Position numbers and translations under genes: made by a program. From an uncultured Rikenellaceae bacterium (GTDB lineage Bacteria; Bacteroidota; Bacteroidia; Bacteroidales; Rikenellaceae), in NCBI GenBank assembly GCA_947054185.1, contig CAMRVW010000001.1:1-53023 (forward strand): 53,023 nt of DNA, written 5' to 3'. The notes under the pieces were generated by a model that was not told the DNA's origin, made no database searches, and saw only the letters and a program-made list of their open reading frames with translations. Positions within the stretch are counted from its first letter, which is position 1. Every line of letters begins with the position of its first letter. Positions 11,022 to 18,906 of the stretch are shown here, in pieces.

Positions 11022-12086
11022 ATGAAAAGATTTACTTGCTTTGTCGGTGCCCGTGTCTGGGTAATCGCATTGACAGTCTTTATGTGTTTTGCATGTGGCA
11101 AGGAGAAAGAGTCGTTTTGGGAGTTTGAGAATACCTCGATGTCGTTTCCGGCAAAAGGTGGCACACTTAAAGCCACTCTTGTCGGCACCGGTGATGTGTA
11201 TTCGTTTATTTGCCGTTCTTCTCAGAACTGGTGTACGGTAAGTAAGAGTGGAACTGTTGTGAATGTTTCAGTTTCGGCGAATACCGGTGTGTCGAGCAGG
11301 CAGGCCTATGTATATCTCATCAATGCCAATACTGATGAGGCCGGTTCGGTATTGTACATATCGCAGAGTAAGGGGGAGGGGTCATCAGGCGGTTCTTCTG
11401 ATGACTATGATGACAGCTATGATGACGATTATGATGATGGCGATGACAACAACGGTTCCTCGGGTGGATCTTCAGGCGGGAGTTCTGGTGTCAGGCCGTC
11501 TGCACCGACGTCCGTTTCAGTGGCTAACACCGGTACGGTGGCTTATCCTTATGTTGTGGTGTCTTGGAATTGGGTGTCAGGGGCGACCGGTTATAGTGTC
11601 TATAGGAGCAGTTCCGCTTCAGGTGGATATTCTTATTTGGGAAGGGCTTCAGGGACAAGCTATAGAGATGCCGGATGCAGACTCGGAAACGTCTATTATT
11701 ATAAGGTCAAGGCTGAGAATGGAGTCGGTTCGAGTGATTATAGCGCCTATGCCAAATTCGATTTTAAAGATACCCGTAAGCCCGGGATAGCGCAGTATGG
11801 CTATTGCTCGGTAAGCGGAACGACGATGACCATTCGTTGGTCTGTTCCGTCCGGTGATTATGGAACACCGACTAAGGCGTTGTTGCGGGTAAAACATCCT
11901 GATAACGACACATATACAACATTAAAGGAGTTGCCAGGTACGGCAACCTCCGCGTCGTTTGCATATACGGGATGGGTTAATTCCGGCGGATTCGTATATG
12001 TCGGGATTATTCTTGAGAATGAAAACGGCACCGGGGGTGGAGTTCCGAAGGTGTACGATAACAAAAACCACAAATGGATTAACTGA
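11022..12086 (+). CDS. Surface lipoprotein with BACON-like N-domain, acidic D/Y-rich linker and FN3-like domains
   Basis: The signal peptide ends in a lipobox (FACGKE). A BACON-like segment (FPAKGGTLKATL...WCTVS...YISQ) is followed by the linker SSDDYDDSYDDDYDDGDDNNGSSGGSSGGSSG and an FN3-like PSAPTSVSV...GYSVYRS...YYYKVKAENG. Confidence 0.7.
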   Translation: MKRFTCFVGARVWVIALTVFMCFACGKEKESFWEFENTSMSFPAKGGTLKATLVGTGDVYSFICRSSQNWCTVSKSGTVVNVSVSANTGVSSRQAYVYLINANTDEAGSVLYISQSKGEGSSGGSSDDYDDSYDDDYDDGDDNNGSSGGSSGGSSGVRPSAPTSVSVANTGTVAYPYVVVSWNWVSGATGYSVYRSSSASGGYSYLGRASGTSYRDAGCRLGNVYYYKVKAENGVGSSDYSAYAKFDFKDTRKPGIAQYGYCSVSGTTMTIRWSVPSGDYGTPTKALLRVKHPDNDTYTTLKELPGTATSASFAYTGWVNSGGFVYVGIILENENGTGGGVPKVYDNKNHKWIN

Positions 12087-12138
12087 CAGGCATTTACAAA
12101 GGTATGATAGAGCCGATTGACGGTTGGCTCTGTGTGGC

Positions 12139-12172
12139 AAGAGAGCGCTTACATTGGTGCTCTCTTTTGTTT
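12139..12172 (+). terminator. Rho-independent terminator after the BACON lipoprotein gene
   Basis: aagagagc (12139-12146) pairs with gctctctt (12159-12166), followed by a T-rich run. Confidence 0.55.
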
Positions 12173-12394
12173 ATTGTGCAGGGCTGGGTTGTGTGTGGCG
12201 TGATGATTTTGCGGGCAGGCCATTTTGTGCGGTATTTTGTGGACGGGATGGTTTGGAGCTTTTTGCAGCTTTTGTTTTTGGGAGTGCGGCGGTTATGCCA
12301 GTGTGCTGTTCGGTGGTTTGGGAGGGTTAGGGTGATTTTGAGGCAGGCGGCTTTCGGTGTTTCGACTGCTTTCGGCGGCTTTCAGAGGGCAAAC

Positions 12395-12424
12395 AAAAAG
12401 GACGGAAATTGTTCCGTCCTTTTT
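12395..12424. terminator. Bidirectional terminator
   Basis: ggacggaa (12400-12407) pairs with ttccgtcc (12412-12419). It is flanked by A5 upstream and T4 downstream, and sits 20 nt from the FKBP gene stop. Confidence 0.75.
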
Positions 12425-12442
12425 GTTTGTTGTGCGCCCCGG

Positions 12443-13132
12443 TTATTTGCGGGTCACGTCTTTTACTTTGACATCGAAGAAGAGTGCCTGGTTGCCGCCG
12501 ATGGGGCCTGAGCCATATTCGCCGTAAGCAAGCTCGGAGGGGATCCACAGTTTGATGTGGCCGCCTTTGCCCACAAGCTGCATGCCCTCTTTCCAGCCTT
12601 CGATCACGCCGTTGAGGGGGAAGGTGGCGGGAACGCCGCGCTCGTATGACGAGTCGAACACCTTGCCGTCAGAGAATTTACCTTCGTAATCGACGGTTAC
12701 GGTGTCGTTGATGGTCGGTTTGAGGTTGACGTCGCCCTCGTCGACAATGACGTAAACTATGCCGGTGGGGGTTACCTTAGCGCCTGACTCTTTTTGTGCC
12801 TCTTCGAGGAATTTTATGCTGTTGTCTCTGTTGCGCTTGGGTATTACGGTCATGACATATTTCTGCATGCTCTCGGTTGCCTCCTGGTTTGAGATGGCTG
12901 TCTTCTGGCCTGAGAATGCCTCTTTGATGCCTCTGTTGAGAGCTGCGGGATTGAGGTCCTCGTCGAGGAAGCCCCACGATTTGAGCTGCGAGCCCATAGA
13001 GACGCCGATGGCGTAAGAGAGCGAGTCTTTAGAGCTCTTTATTGACGCCGTGCCGCCTGTAACGTTGTTTTCGCATGATGCGCCGGCCATTAACGTTACG
13101 ATGGCCGCTGAGAATAATAATAGTTTTTTCAT
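12443..13132 (-). CDS. FKBP-type peptidyl-prolyl cis-trans isomerase lipoprotein (FkpA/FklB-like)
   Basis: 229 aa with a lipobox (AGASC), an N-terminal dimerisation-like region and a C-terminal FKBP domain (VTVDYEGKFSDGKVFDSS...IPSELAYG). Confidence 0.9.
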   Translation of the reverse strand: MKKLLLFSAAIVTLMAGASCENNVTGGTASIKSSKDSLSYAIGVSMGSQLKSWGFLDEDLNPAALNRGIKEAFSGQKTAISNQEATESMQKYVMTVIPKRNRDNSIKFLEEAQKESGAKVTPTGIVYVIVDEGDVNLKPTINDTVTVDYEGKFSDGKVFDSSYERGVPATFPLNGVIEGWKEGMQLVGKGGHIKLWIPSELAYGEYGSGPIGGNQALFFDVKVKDVTRK

Positions 13133-13198
13133 GATTATGGTTGGTTTTTATGACAGACTAATGGTGATAACGTCTTGTGTGTGTTTGTTATTGTGCTG

Positions 13199-13206
13199 CA
13201 AAGTTA
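13199..13206 (-). promoter_or_regulatory. -7 box TAACTTTG for the FKBP gene
   Basis: The reverse complement of caaagtta lies ~67 nt upstream of the ATG at 13132. Confidence 0.45.
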
Positions 13207-13476
13207 TATAAATTATTGTATTTTCAGAGCAAACCTGCCGTATGGAGCCGTTTTTATTTTGTCATGAGGTGTGGATAAGTTGTTGAAAAGGTGTCGGTCG
13301 GCGGTTGATTGCGTGTTAATGTTTTGATATTCATATGTGTTGTTGTTTTGTCGGTTGTTGATGTATCTATGTTCGTGTGTGTTGATATGATGTTTACAAA
13401 GTGTTGATTGGTGTTGAAAATTATAGTGCAACATGGGTATACGCAATTATTATGCCGTGCTTGAGTGCACGAATAA

Positions 13477-13500
13477 GGGCCGGAGTGTTCTCTCCGGCCC
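13477..13500 (-). terminator. Terminator of the PCMD operon
   Basis: gggccggag (13477-13485) pairs with ctccggccc (13492-13500), 22 nt downstream of the stop at 13522. Confidence 0.6.
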
Positions 13501-13521
13501 TATAGTGTTTTATGTGTGTGG

Positions 13522-15078
13522 TTATCTGACAATCGGCGTTGAGTCGTAATCGAACGACAGGTCGTCGAGCCAGAGTTTTGAGCCGACGCCACCGCAATAT
13601 TTTTCGCCGTACACGCTCGAGGTGGCCACCAGCACTATGTGTGTGGGTTGTATGGTGGTGGTCTTGTAATCGAGGGTGATCGAGAACTCCTTGTACTGAT
13701 CGTTAGCCTCGCTCGACTTGAACTCGCCGTATGCCACAACGTCGCGGGCGTCCTCTTTGGGGCGGCTTGTGGCACCACGCCAGTTTTCGAGCGACAGGTA
13801 TATGTGGCATTGGTCGGGTTGGCCTATGTATTGCTTGTCTTCGGGTTTGGTTGCGAAGTCGATGGTTTTGGGTTGGTATGAGTACCAGCCTTTGAGCCCT
13901 GCCGGGCGACCTGTGAACGGGCGTCCGAATTTGGGACTGTCGGCTGCCTCTGCTATGCCGGTGAAGATGAAGTCGCCGGTGAAAAGGTTGCCGGCAGCCA
14001 GTTGTATCATCACCTTTTTGGTCTCCATGCATGCGGCATATTTACCCTGCTTGACCTTATCTTCGACAGGTATCGTGGCGTTGACTTTGCCAAACTGGGC
14101 AGTTGCGTAATTGCCTGTTATCCAGAATGGAGTGCTGCCCTGAGCGTACGGATACCAGCAGATGCCCCCGGGGTCACCCTGGTGCCACTCTTCAAAGTCC
14201 ATGTTGGGTATCTCTTCCACCTTGCCGGTGGTGAAGGTCTGTTCCTGGCCCTTCTCGTCGCCGAGGAAGGGGCGGCACACATACTTGGTGCCGGGTTCGA
14301 GGCCGGTCATGACTGCCGTCATGGTGCCGCCGTCGAGAGAGACGTTCTCTATGTCGGTGCGGTTCCAGGCTTCGTCCACTTCGCGGCGATACTCATAGCC
14401 TATGTCGGTGGCGCCAACGGGTACGCTGGCTGTGGCGGTGGCTGCCTTGGTCCATGCCGTCACCGACTTGCTCTGTATCGAGAATTGGGCGTGGGCCGCC
14501 GATATGCGCCACTCTTCGGTGCGGCCGAACATGCTCACCTTAAACACCTGGCCGTCGCCCCTCAGGTCGAAGGTGCCTTGCAGCGGGTCGGGCGTTATGA
14601 CGGCAGAGGCAGGCCCTATCTGTATCTTGTTGATCTTTATGGCGCCGAGGTGTTGCGTCTTGGCAACGGTGACTATCATCACGCGGCCGACGGTGTCGAC
14701 AGAGGCGTCGCCTATCTGGTCGGCGGCGTTGACGAGGTATTGCACGTCCCATTTGGCGTTGATGCTCCACTGATAGTCTTGCCATGTGCGCAGGGTGCAC
14801 AGGTATGGTTTGGCTAAGTTGAGCCTCTCGGGCATTTCGGGCACCATCTCGGTGGAGTCGCTTATGTCCCAGAAGATTACGCGCACATTGGTGATGTCAT
14901 GGTCGCCGTCGACAGTGAGGTTGACCTTGCGGTTGAGCTGGTCGAACTCAGAGTTGCCTATCTGTCCCTCCACCTCGAAGGCTTTGAAACTCGGCTGGCG
15001 GTTGGGGTATGGTATGTCGTTGGGTATGCACCCTGTGACAAGCAGCAGGGTCATTATTATGATGTTAACGCGTCTCAT
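13522..15078 (-). CDS. PCMD-domain surface lipoprotein (Ig-like/FN3/PCMD), operon gene 5
   Basis: Lipobox LLVTGC. An FN3-like segment (MTGLEPGTKYVCRPF) precedes a C-terminal PCMD-type block (AAGNLFTGDF...FGRPFTGRPAGLKGWYSY...CHIYLSLENW...VVAYGEFKS...THIVLVATSSVYG...LWLDDLSFDY). The ATG overlaps the upstream stop (ATGA at 15075-15078). Confidence 0.75.
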   Translation of the reverse strand: MRRVNIIIMTLLLVTGCIPNDIPYPNRQPSFKAFEVEGQIGNSEFDQLNRKVNLTVDGDHDITNVRVIFWDISDSTEMVPEMPERLNLAKPYLCTLRTWQDYQWSINAKWDVQYLVNAADQIGDASVDTVGRVMIVTVAKTQHLGAIKINKIQIGPASAVITPDPLQGTFDLRGDGQVFKVSMFGRTEEWRISAAHAQFSIQSKSVTAWTKAATATASVPVGATDIGYEYRREVDEAWNRTDIENVSLDGGTMTAVMTGLEPGTKYVCRPFLGDEKGQEQTFTTGKVEEIPNMDFEEWHQGDPGGICWYPYAQGSTPFWITGNYATAQFGKVNATIPVEDKVKQGKYAACMETKKVMIQLAAGNLFTGDFIFTGIAEAADSPKFGRPFTGRPAGLKGWYSYQPKTIDFATKPEDKQYIGQPDQCHIYLSLENWRGATSRPKEDARDVVAYGEFKSSEANDQYKEFSITLDYKTTTIQPTHIVLVATSSVYGEKYCGGVGSKLWLDDLSFDYDSTPIVR

Positions 15079-16166
15079 TGTTCGTAATTTTTGAGATTTG
15101 TCTTTATCGCCTTTTCGAAGTCGTCTTCACTGGCCCTGCGTGCCGACTTGCGGAACTTATAGTTGGCAGGGTTGAGACCGCGCATGGAGTTGAGATAGAA
15201 CGCCATGCCTAAGTTTATCGAGAAGAGGTCTATCTTGAAGTTGGCCGATGTGCGGGCGTGTTTGCCGGTCTCGACCTGGTTGGTGGTCTGTTTGATGGTG
15301 TTGTATTTGAGGCCGAGCACACCCACCGACACCTCGACACCCACGTTGTCGGTGATGAAGGCGACAACGCCGGGGGCCAGACCCAGCTGCAGGCTTCTTA
15401 TCTGCTGATAGGTGCCGATCACATCTTCTTTGCTTGAGTTGACCAGCTTGCCCTGGCCGCCGCCGTATGTAAGGCGTGTCTCGTTGAACAGGCCTATGCG
15501 GCGTTGGGTGCCAAGGTTGATGTAATTGCGGAAGAACAACGATATGTCGTACTGGTGTTGTATATAGTTTATGTCGTTGAGCCCGAAGCTGATGTCGTCG
15601 CTTATCTTGAGGTTGACGCTGCCTATGTCGGCCGAGGTGCGAGAGTAAACCAGGCGCGCGCCTATGGCGGTGTTGTTGCCAACGAAGCCACCGAAGAACG
15701 GGCTTACCTTGAAGATATATGCACCCACGTTTATGTCGTCGACAATCAGGAATTTATAGTTGTCTTCGGTGTAATCTTGAAACGATATGTTGCCGCCAAC
15801 GAGCCATTGGCCTTTGGGCACGAATACTATCTGGTCGATGCCGCGGTCGAAAGGGTGGCTCTTGCCTCGCATCCAGTTGTTGGCGCGGGCGGCCTCGTGT
15901 TTGGCATAACGTTCGGCGCGTCGTTGTTCCTCTTTCTCGGGACGCATCACAACGGCCTCGTGTATGGTGTCGAGGGCGTGTATGCGTTGTTCGATGGTCT
16001 GGAGGCGTTTTTCCATGACGCGCGTGAGGCTGTCTATTGCTGGAGACATTACGGGAACGAATACGGTGTCACGGCGATATGGGTTACGGTCGGAACTGCC
16101 GGCCGAGGCATATCCGTATGTGCTGAAAAGTAATGTTATGGCCATCAGGCCTTTGATTATCTGCAT
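15075..16166 (-). CDS. Putative outer-membrane beta-barrel protein with N-terminal coiled-coil segment, operon gene 4
   Basis: A signal peptide is followed by a charged helical segment (EKRLQTIEQRIHALD...EKEEQRRAERYAKHEAARA). Alternating hydrophobic beta-strand patterns then run to ...INLGMAFYL, and a charged ~35-aa tail follows. Confidence 0.55.
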   Translation of the reverse strand: MQIIKGLMAITLLFSTYGYASAGSSDRNPYRRDTVFVPVMSPAIDSLTRVMEKRLQTIEQRIHALDTIHEAVVMRPEKEEQRRAERYAKHEAARANNWMRGKSHPFDRGIDQIVFVPKGQWLVGGNISFQDYTEDNYKFLIVDDINVGAYIFKVSPFFGGFVGNNTAIGARLVYSRTSADIGSVNLKISDDISFGLNDINYIQHQYDISLFFRNYINLGTQRRIGLFNETRLTYGGGQGKLVNSSKEDVIGTYQQIRSLQLGLAPGVVAFITDNVGVEVSVGVLGLKYNTIKQTTNQVETGKHARTSANFKIDLFSINLGMAFYLNSMRGLNPANYKFRKSARRASEDDFEKAIKTNLKNYEQ

Positions 16167-16231
16167 AAGCTCGATTTCTGAATCGCTTGCGAGAACATTT
16201 TTCGTCTCTGTCCCGATTCGGTATTAGAAAA

Positions 16232-16321
16232 GAATCACCCATACCCCCGCGGGGAGTGCCTTTGGTGGTCGCAACGGGGGTGGCGGGGTTGTCACGACCG
16301 GCAGCGGAGGCAGAGTGATTC
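16232..16321 (-). ncRNA. Candidate C-rich structured RNA, copy 1
   Basis: Same architecture as copy 3. P2 has two G.U pairs and P1 has one. U4 follows. Confidence 0.45.
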
Positions 16322-16368
16322 GTATCGAAAGATCGTCACCGACAGTTTGTCGGTTTATGTCAAAAAAA

Positions 16369-16457
16369 GAATCACCCATACCCCCGCGGGGAGTGCCTTG
16401 ATGGTCGTAACGGGGGTGGCGGGGTTGTCACGACCGGCAGCGGAGGCAGAGTGATTC
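16369..16457 (-). ncRNA. Candidate C-rich structured RNA, copy 2
   Basis: Same architecture as copy 3. P1 and P2 each have one G.U, which would be a C.A mismatch on the + strand. U7 follows. Confidence 0.45.
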
Positions 16458-16502
16458 ATATCGAAAGATCGTCACCGACAGTTCGTCGGGTTATGTCAAA
16501 AA

Positions 16503-16590
16503 GATCACCCTTATCCCCGCGGGGAGTGCCTTTGGTGGTCGCAACGGGGGTGGCGGGGTTGTTGCGACCGGCAGCGGAGGCAGGGTGATC
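16503..16590 (-). ncRNA. Candidate C-rich structured RNA, copy 3 (first transcribed)
   Basis: On the sense strand, P1 is GAUCACCC/GGGUGAUC and P2 is GGUCGCAAC/GUUGCGACC (both perfect). The P2 loop is AACCCCGCCACCCCC, P3 is a CCCCGCGGGG hairpin, and U5 follows. Confidence 0.45.
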
Positions 16591-16594
16591 TGTG

Positions 16595-18706
16595 TTAATA
16601 GAGCATCTCAAATTCGTCTATATATAATGTACTTCCCTCACCGCCGATAAAGTCGGAGCCGTACACGCTTGAGGTGGCCACCATGACTATATGGGTCGGC
16701 TTGATGGTGTTGTCGTTGCCATCTTTGGCGAGGGTGTATTCTATGTCGAAGCCCGCTTCGGTATATTCGTCTTTGTTGTCGGCCGATTTGAATTCGCCGT
16801 AACCCACCACCGTGGGGTTGGACGGACGTTCGGTCAGGTTGGGGTCGCCCCAGTTCTCAAGGCTGATATAGACGTGCATCTGGTCGTCTTCTCCCTGGTG
16901 TGAGCCTCCGCCGCGGTTTATCTTCGTGGAGGTGTACTTATAGTGGAAGCGCAGGCCTGAGGGGCGGCCGGTGAACGGACGTCCGAAGTGCACGCTGGCT
17001 TTCGGGTTGGACATGTTGGTCTTGAAGTAACCGGTGAAGAGGTTACCAGCCGCAAAGGTGTTGGCCGGGAATCCCACCCACATGGAGGTCATCTTGACGC
17101 CACGGCCGCGGTATGCTTCCGACTCGTCGACAGGCACGGTGTTGGAGTTGGTCACTATGGTGACGCCGCTGTTGCCGGTATCCCAGAACTGGCTCACATC
17201 GCCGCCCCACGGGTTCCATGTCTTGCCCGACTGGCTCCACGCATCCATGTTGAGGTTGGGTATATAGTGCTTGCTTTCGGTGGTGAATGTAAGCTCGTTA
17301 CCTTCTATAAGGGCAGAGCGGGCGCGCACCTTGTATCTGGTGTCAGGGTCAAGACCGTGCAGCGTGGTCTTGAAGTCGGTGCCGTTCATTGCTATTTCAT
17401 CATCCGGGCATTGAGTCCATTGGCTGTCGCTCTCTTTGCGGTATTCGATGGTCAGACCCTCGGGTTGCTCCTCAGAGACCCAGGCGGCCTCTATATGGGC
17501 ATATGTTGCGAACGCCTCGACACTTTTGGTTTCGGTGTCGGCCTTTGAAGAGCGCACGTTGAATATGACCTCTTGTTCGACGAATCGTGAGTGGTTGTCG
17601 AGCAACATGAGGGTGATGATATGTTCGCCGGTCTTCATCTTGGAGGTCATGCCCGTGAAGTCGACGAAGCCTGATGTTGTGCCGATGCCTCCCCAGGTTA
17701 TGCCTGCCGCATTGAGGGCGGCAATCTTGTCGTCGTCGGCCGTGGTGAGGTTGGTAAACTCGGCTATGCCTTGCTGCGAGAGCGTCGGGTCGCAGTGGGT
17801 GATGTAAAGCAGGTCTATGCCGGCAGGCGATTCTATGTTTACGCGCACCGGAGTGACGACCTCCGACCATATATCGGTCGGGCTGTCCATGTTTATGTCG
17901 TCAGAGGCGAAGCTTCCCATGGGGGCATCGCAGGGCACAAGCACTATCTCGTGGTCAATGTCGCCGGTTGTGGCGTCGACGTTGACAGAGGTGTGTATGC
18001 CGCCGTCGGTGATTTCCCCTGTGTCTGAGACCTTGAACCTGAAGGTATAATGTTCGCGCGGCTTGACGCCCGTGATGGTCTTGCGTATGCGGTAAGTGGC
18101 GCCCTGTGTGTTGGTAAGGTCGAGCACCCAGCTGAGCGAGCCTGTCGCCTTGAAATAGGCCTGGCGGTTTTCGTCAGTGGTGAACGTGAGGGCGGCGTTG
18201 TCGCTTGCGTTGTTGGTAACGGAGGCTTCTATATGAGAGAAGTTGTCTGCCAGGTTTTCGTCGAAAACGACACTCACCTTTACATTGGCCAAAGAGCAGA
18301 CGGGCGAAACGCTGGTGAGTTCTCCCGTCTTTATCTTGAACTTCCGAGTGCCCACCAGATAGGGCGACTCCCAACCCGACTCCATGTCCTGACCGCTCGT
18401 GGCGGTGAGTGTGTATGTGCCGTAATCGAGCTCGACGGCCTCGGGCATGTCGTTGCTGTCGTCGAACGACATTACATCGACGCCCTTGGAGTCAGTAATC
18501 GTAACCCGATAACTGTCGGCGGCATCGGCATAAGTGGTGCGCTCTATTACCGAAACATCCTTGCGGATGCTCTCTATGAGCAATACTCCCTTGTCCTTGT
18601 CGAGTGCGGCTGTCGGATGCTGGGTGCATGACGGCGTCACGCACACCGACGATGCGGCGGCAAGAAGCATGGATATATGGCTTTTTATGTCGGTAAATAA
18701 CCTCAT
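16595..18706 (-). CDS. DUF4493-like/FN3/PCMD surface lipoprotein, operon gene 3
   Basis: The likely start is MRLFTDIKSHISMLLAAASSVCVTPSC (ATG at 18706); the open frame extends to 18898 but that part is not signal-peptide-like. A DUF4493-like block (WESPYLVGTRKFKIKTGELTSV...ANVKVSVVF) is followed by FN3-like LHGLDPDTRYKVRARS and a PCMD C-terminus (AAGNLFTGYF...FGRPFTGRPSGLRFHYKY...MHVYISLENW...THIVMVATSSVYG). Confidence 0.75.
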   Translation of the reverse strand: MRLFTDIKSHISMLLAAASSVCVTPSCTQHPTAALDKDKGVLLIESIRKDVSVIERTTYADAADSYRVTITDSKGVDVMSFDDSNDMPEAVELDYGTYTLTATSGQDMESGWESPYLVGTRKFKIKTGELTSVSPVCSLANVKVSVVFDENLADNFSHIEASVTNNASDNAALTFTTDENRQAYFKATGSLSWVLDLTNTQGATYRIRKTITGVKPREHYTFRFKVSDTGEITDGGIHTSVNVDATTGDIDHEIVLVPCDAPMGSFASDDINMDSPTDIWSEVVTPVRVNIESPAGIDLLYITHCDPTLSQQGIAEFTNLTTADDDKIAALNAAGITWGGIGTTSGFVDFTGMTSKMKTGEHIITLMLLDNHSRFVEQEVIFNVRSSKADTETKSVEAFATYAHIEAAWVSEEQPEGLTIEYRKESDSQWTQCPDDEIAMNGTDFKTTLHGLDPDTRYKVRARSALIEGNELTFTTESKHYIPNLNMDAWSQSGKTWNPWGGDVSQFWDTGNSGVTIVTNSNTVPVDESEAYRGRGVKMTSMWVGFPANTFAAGNLFTGYFKTNMSNPKASVHFGRPFTGRPSGLRFHYKYTSTKINRGGGSHQGEDDQMHVYISLENWGDPNLTERPSNPTVVGYGEFKSADNKDEYTEAGFDIEYTLAKDGNDNTIKPTHIVMVATSSVYGSDFIGGEGSTLYIDEFEMLY

Positions 18707-18867
18707 GTTGTTGTTTCTTTTAATTGCGACTCTTGCCATGGGGCCTTGCCGCTCTTTCATGAGAGCCTTTGGGGTGTCGTTTTGGCGTAAGTCGGTGCAT
18801 TTGCCAAGACATTGAAACTTGTGTGGCGGTGTCGCACCTTGGTTTTCGCAATATGCTTGTCTGTCCA

Positions 18868-18895
18868 TTGCCTGTGAGCGTACGGGCACAGGCAA
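18868..18895 (-). other. Intercistronic 9-bp stem-loop between operon genes 2 and 3
   Basis: ttgcctgtg (18868-18876) pairs with cacaggcaa (18887-18895), 12 nt after the stop at 18907. No U-run follows. Confidence 0.4.
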
Positions 18896-18906
18896 CACAG
18901 ACGATA

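Larger units (their letters stand above)
16232..16590 (-). repeat. Three tandem copies (period ~133-137 nt) of a ~90-nt GC-rich structured element plus a hairpin-containing spacer
   Basis: The copies lie at 16232-16321, 16369-16457 and 16503-16590 and are near-identical. The array starts 5 nt after the stop of the upstream operon gene (16595) and ends 65 nt before the next start (16166). Confidence 0.9.

Noticed and set aside
12104-12511. 135-aa ORF between the BACON lipoprotein gene and the FKBP gene.
   Set aside because: It runs through two terminators and a G/T-rich spacer and overlaps the 3' end of the FKBP gene. Its Cys/Trp/Phe/Gly/Val-rich composition reflects the G/T bias.
13213-13446. 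77-aa ORF (Asn/His/Gln-rich) upstream of the FKBP gene, together with the repeated TGTTGAT strings in the same stretch.
   Set aside because: The ORF is the reverse reading of a G/T-rich low-complexity spacer. With no statistics available, the GTTGA-type repeats cannot be separated from the general G+T bias of intergenic DNA.
18707-18898. 64-codon N-terminal extension of operon gene 3.
   Set aside because: The extension lacks a signal peptide. The internal start MRLFTDIKSHISMLLAAASS...C gives a lipoprotein-type N-terminus like its paralogues.
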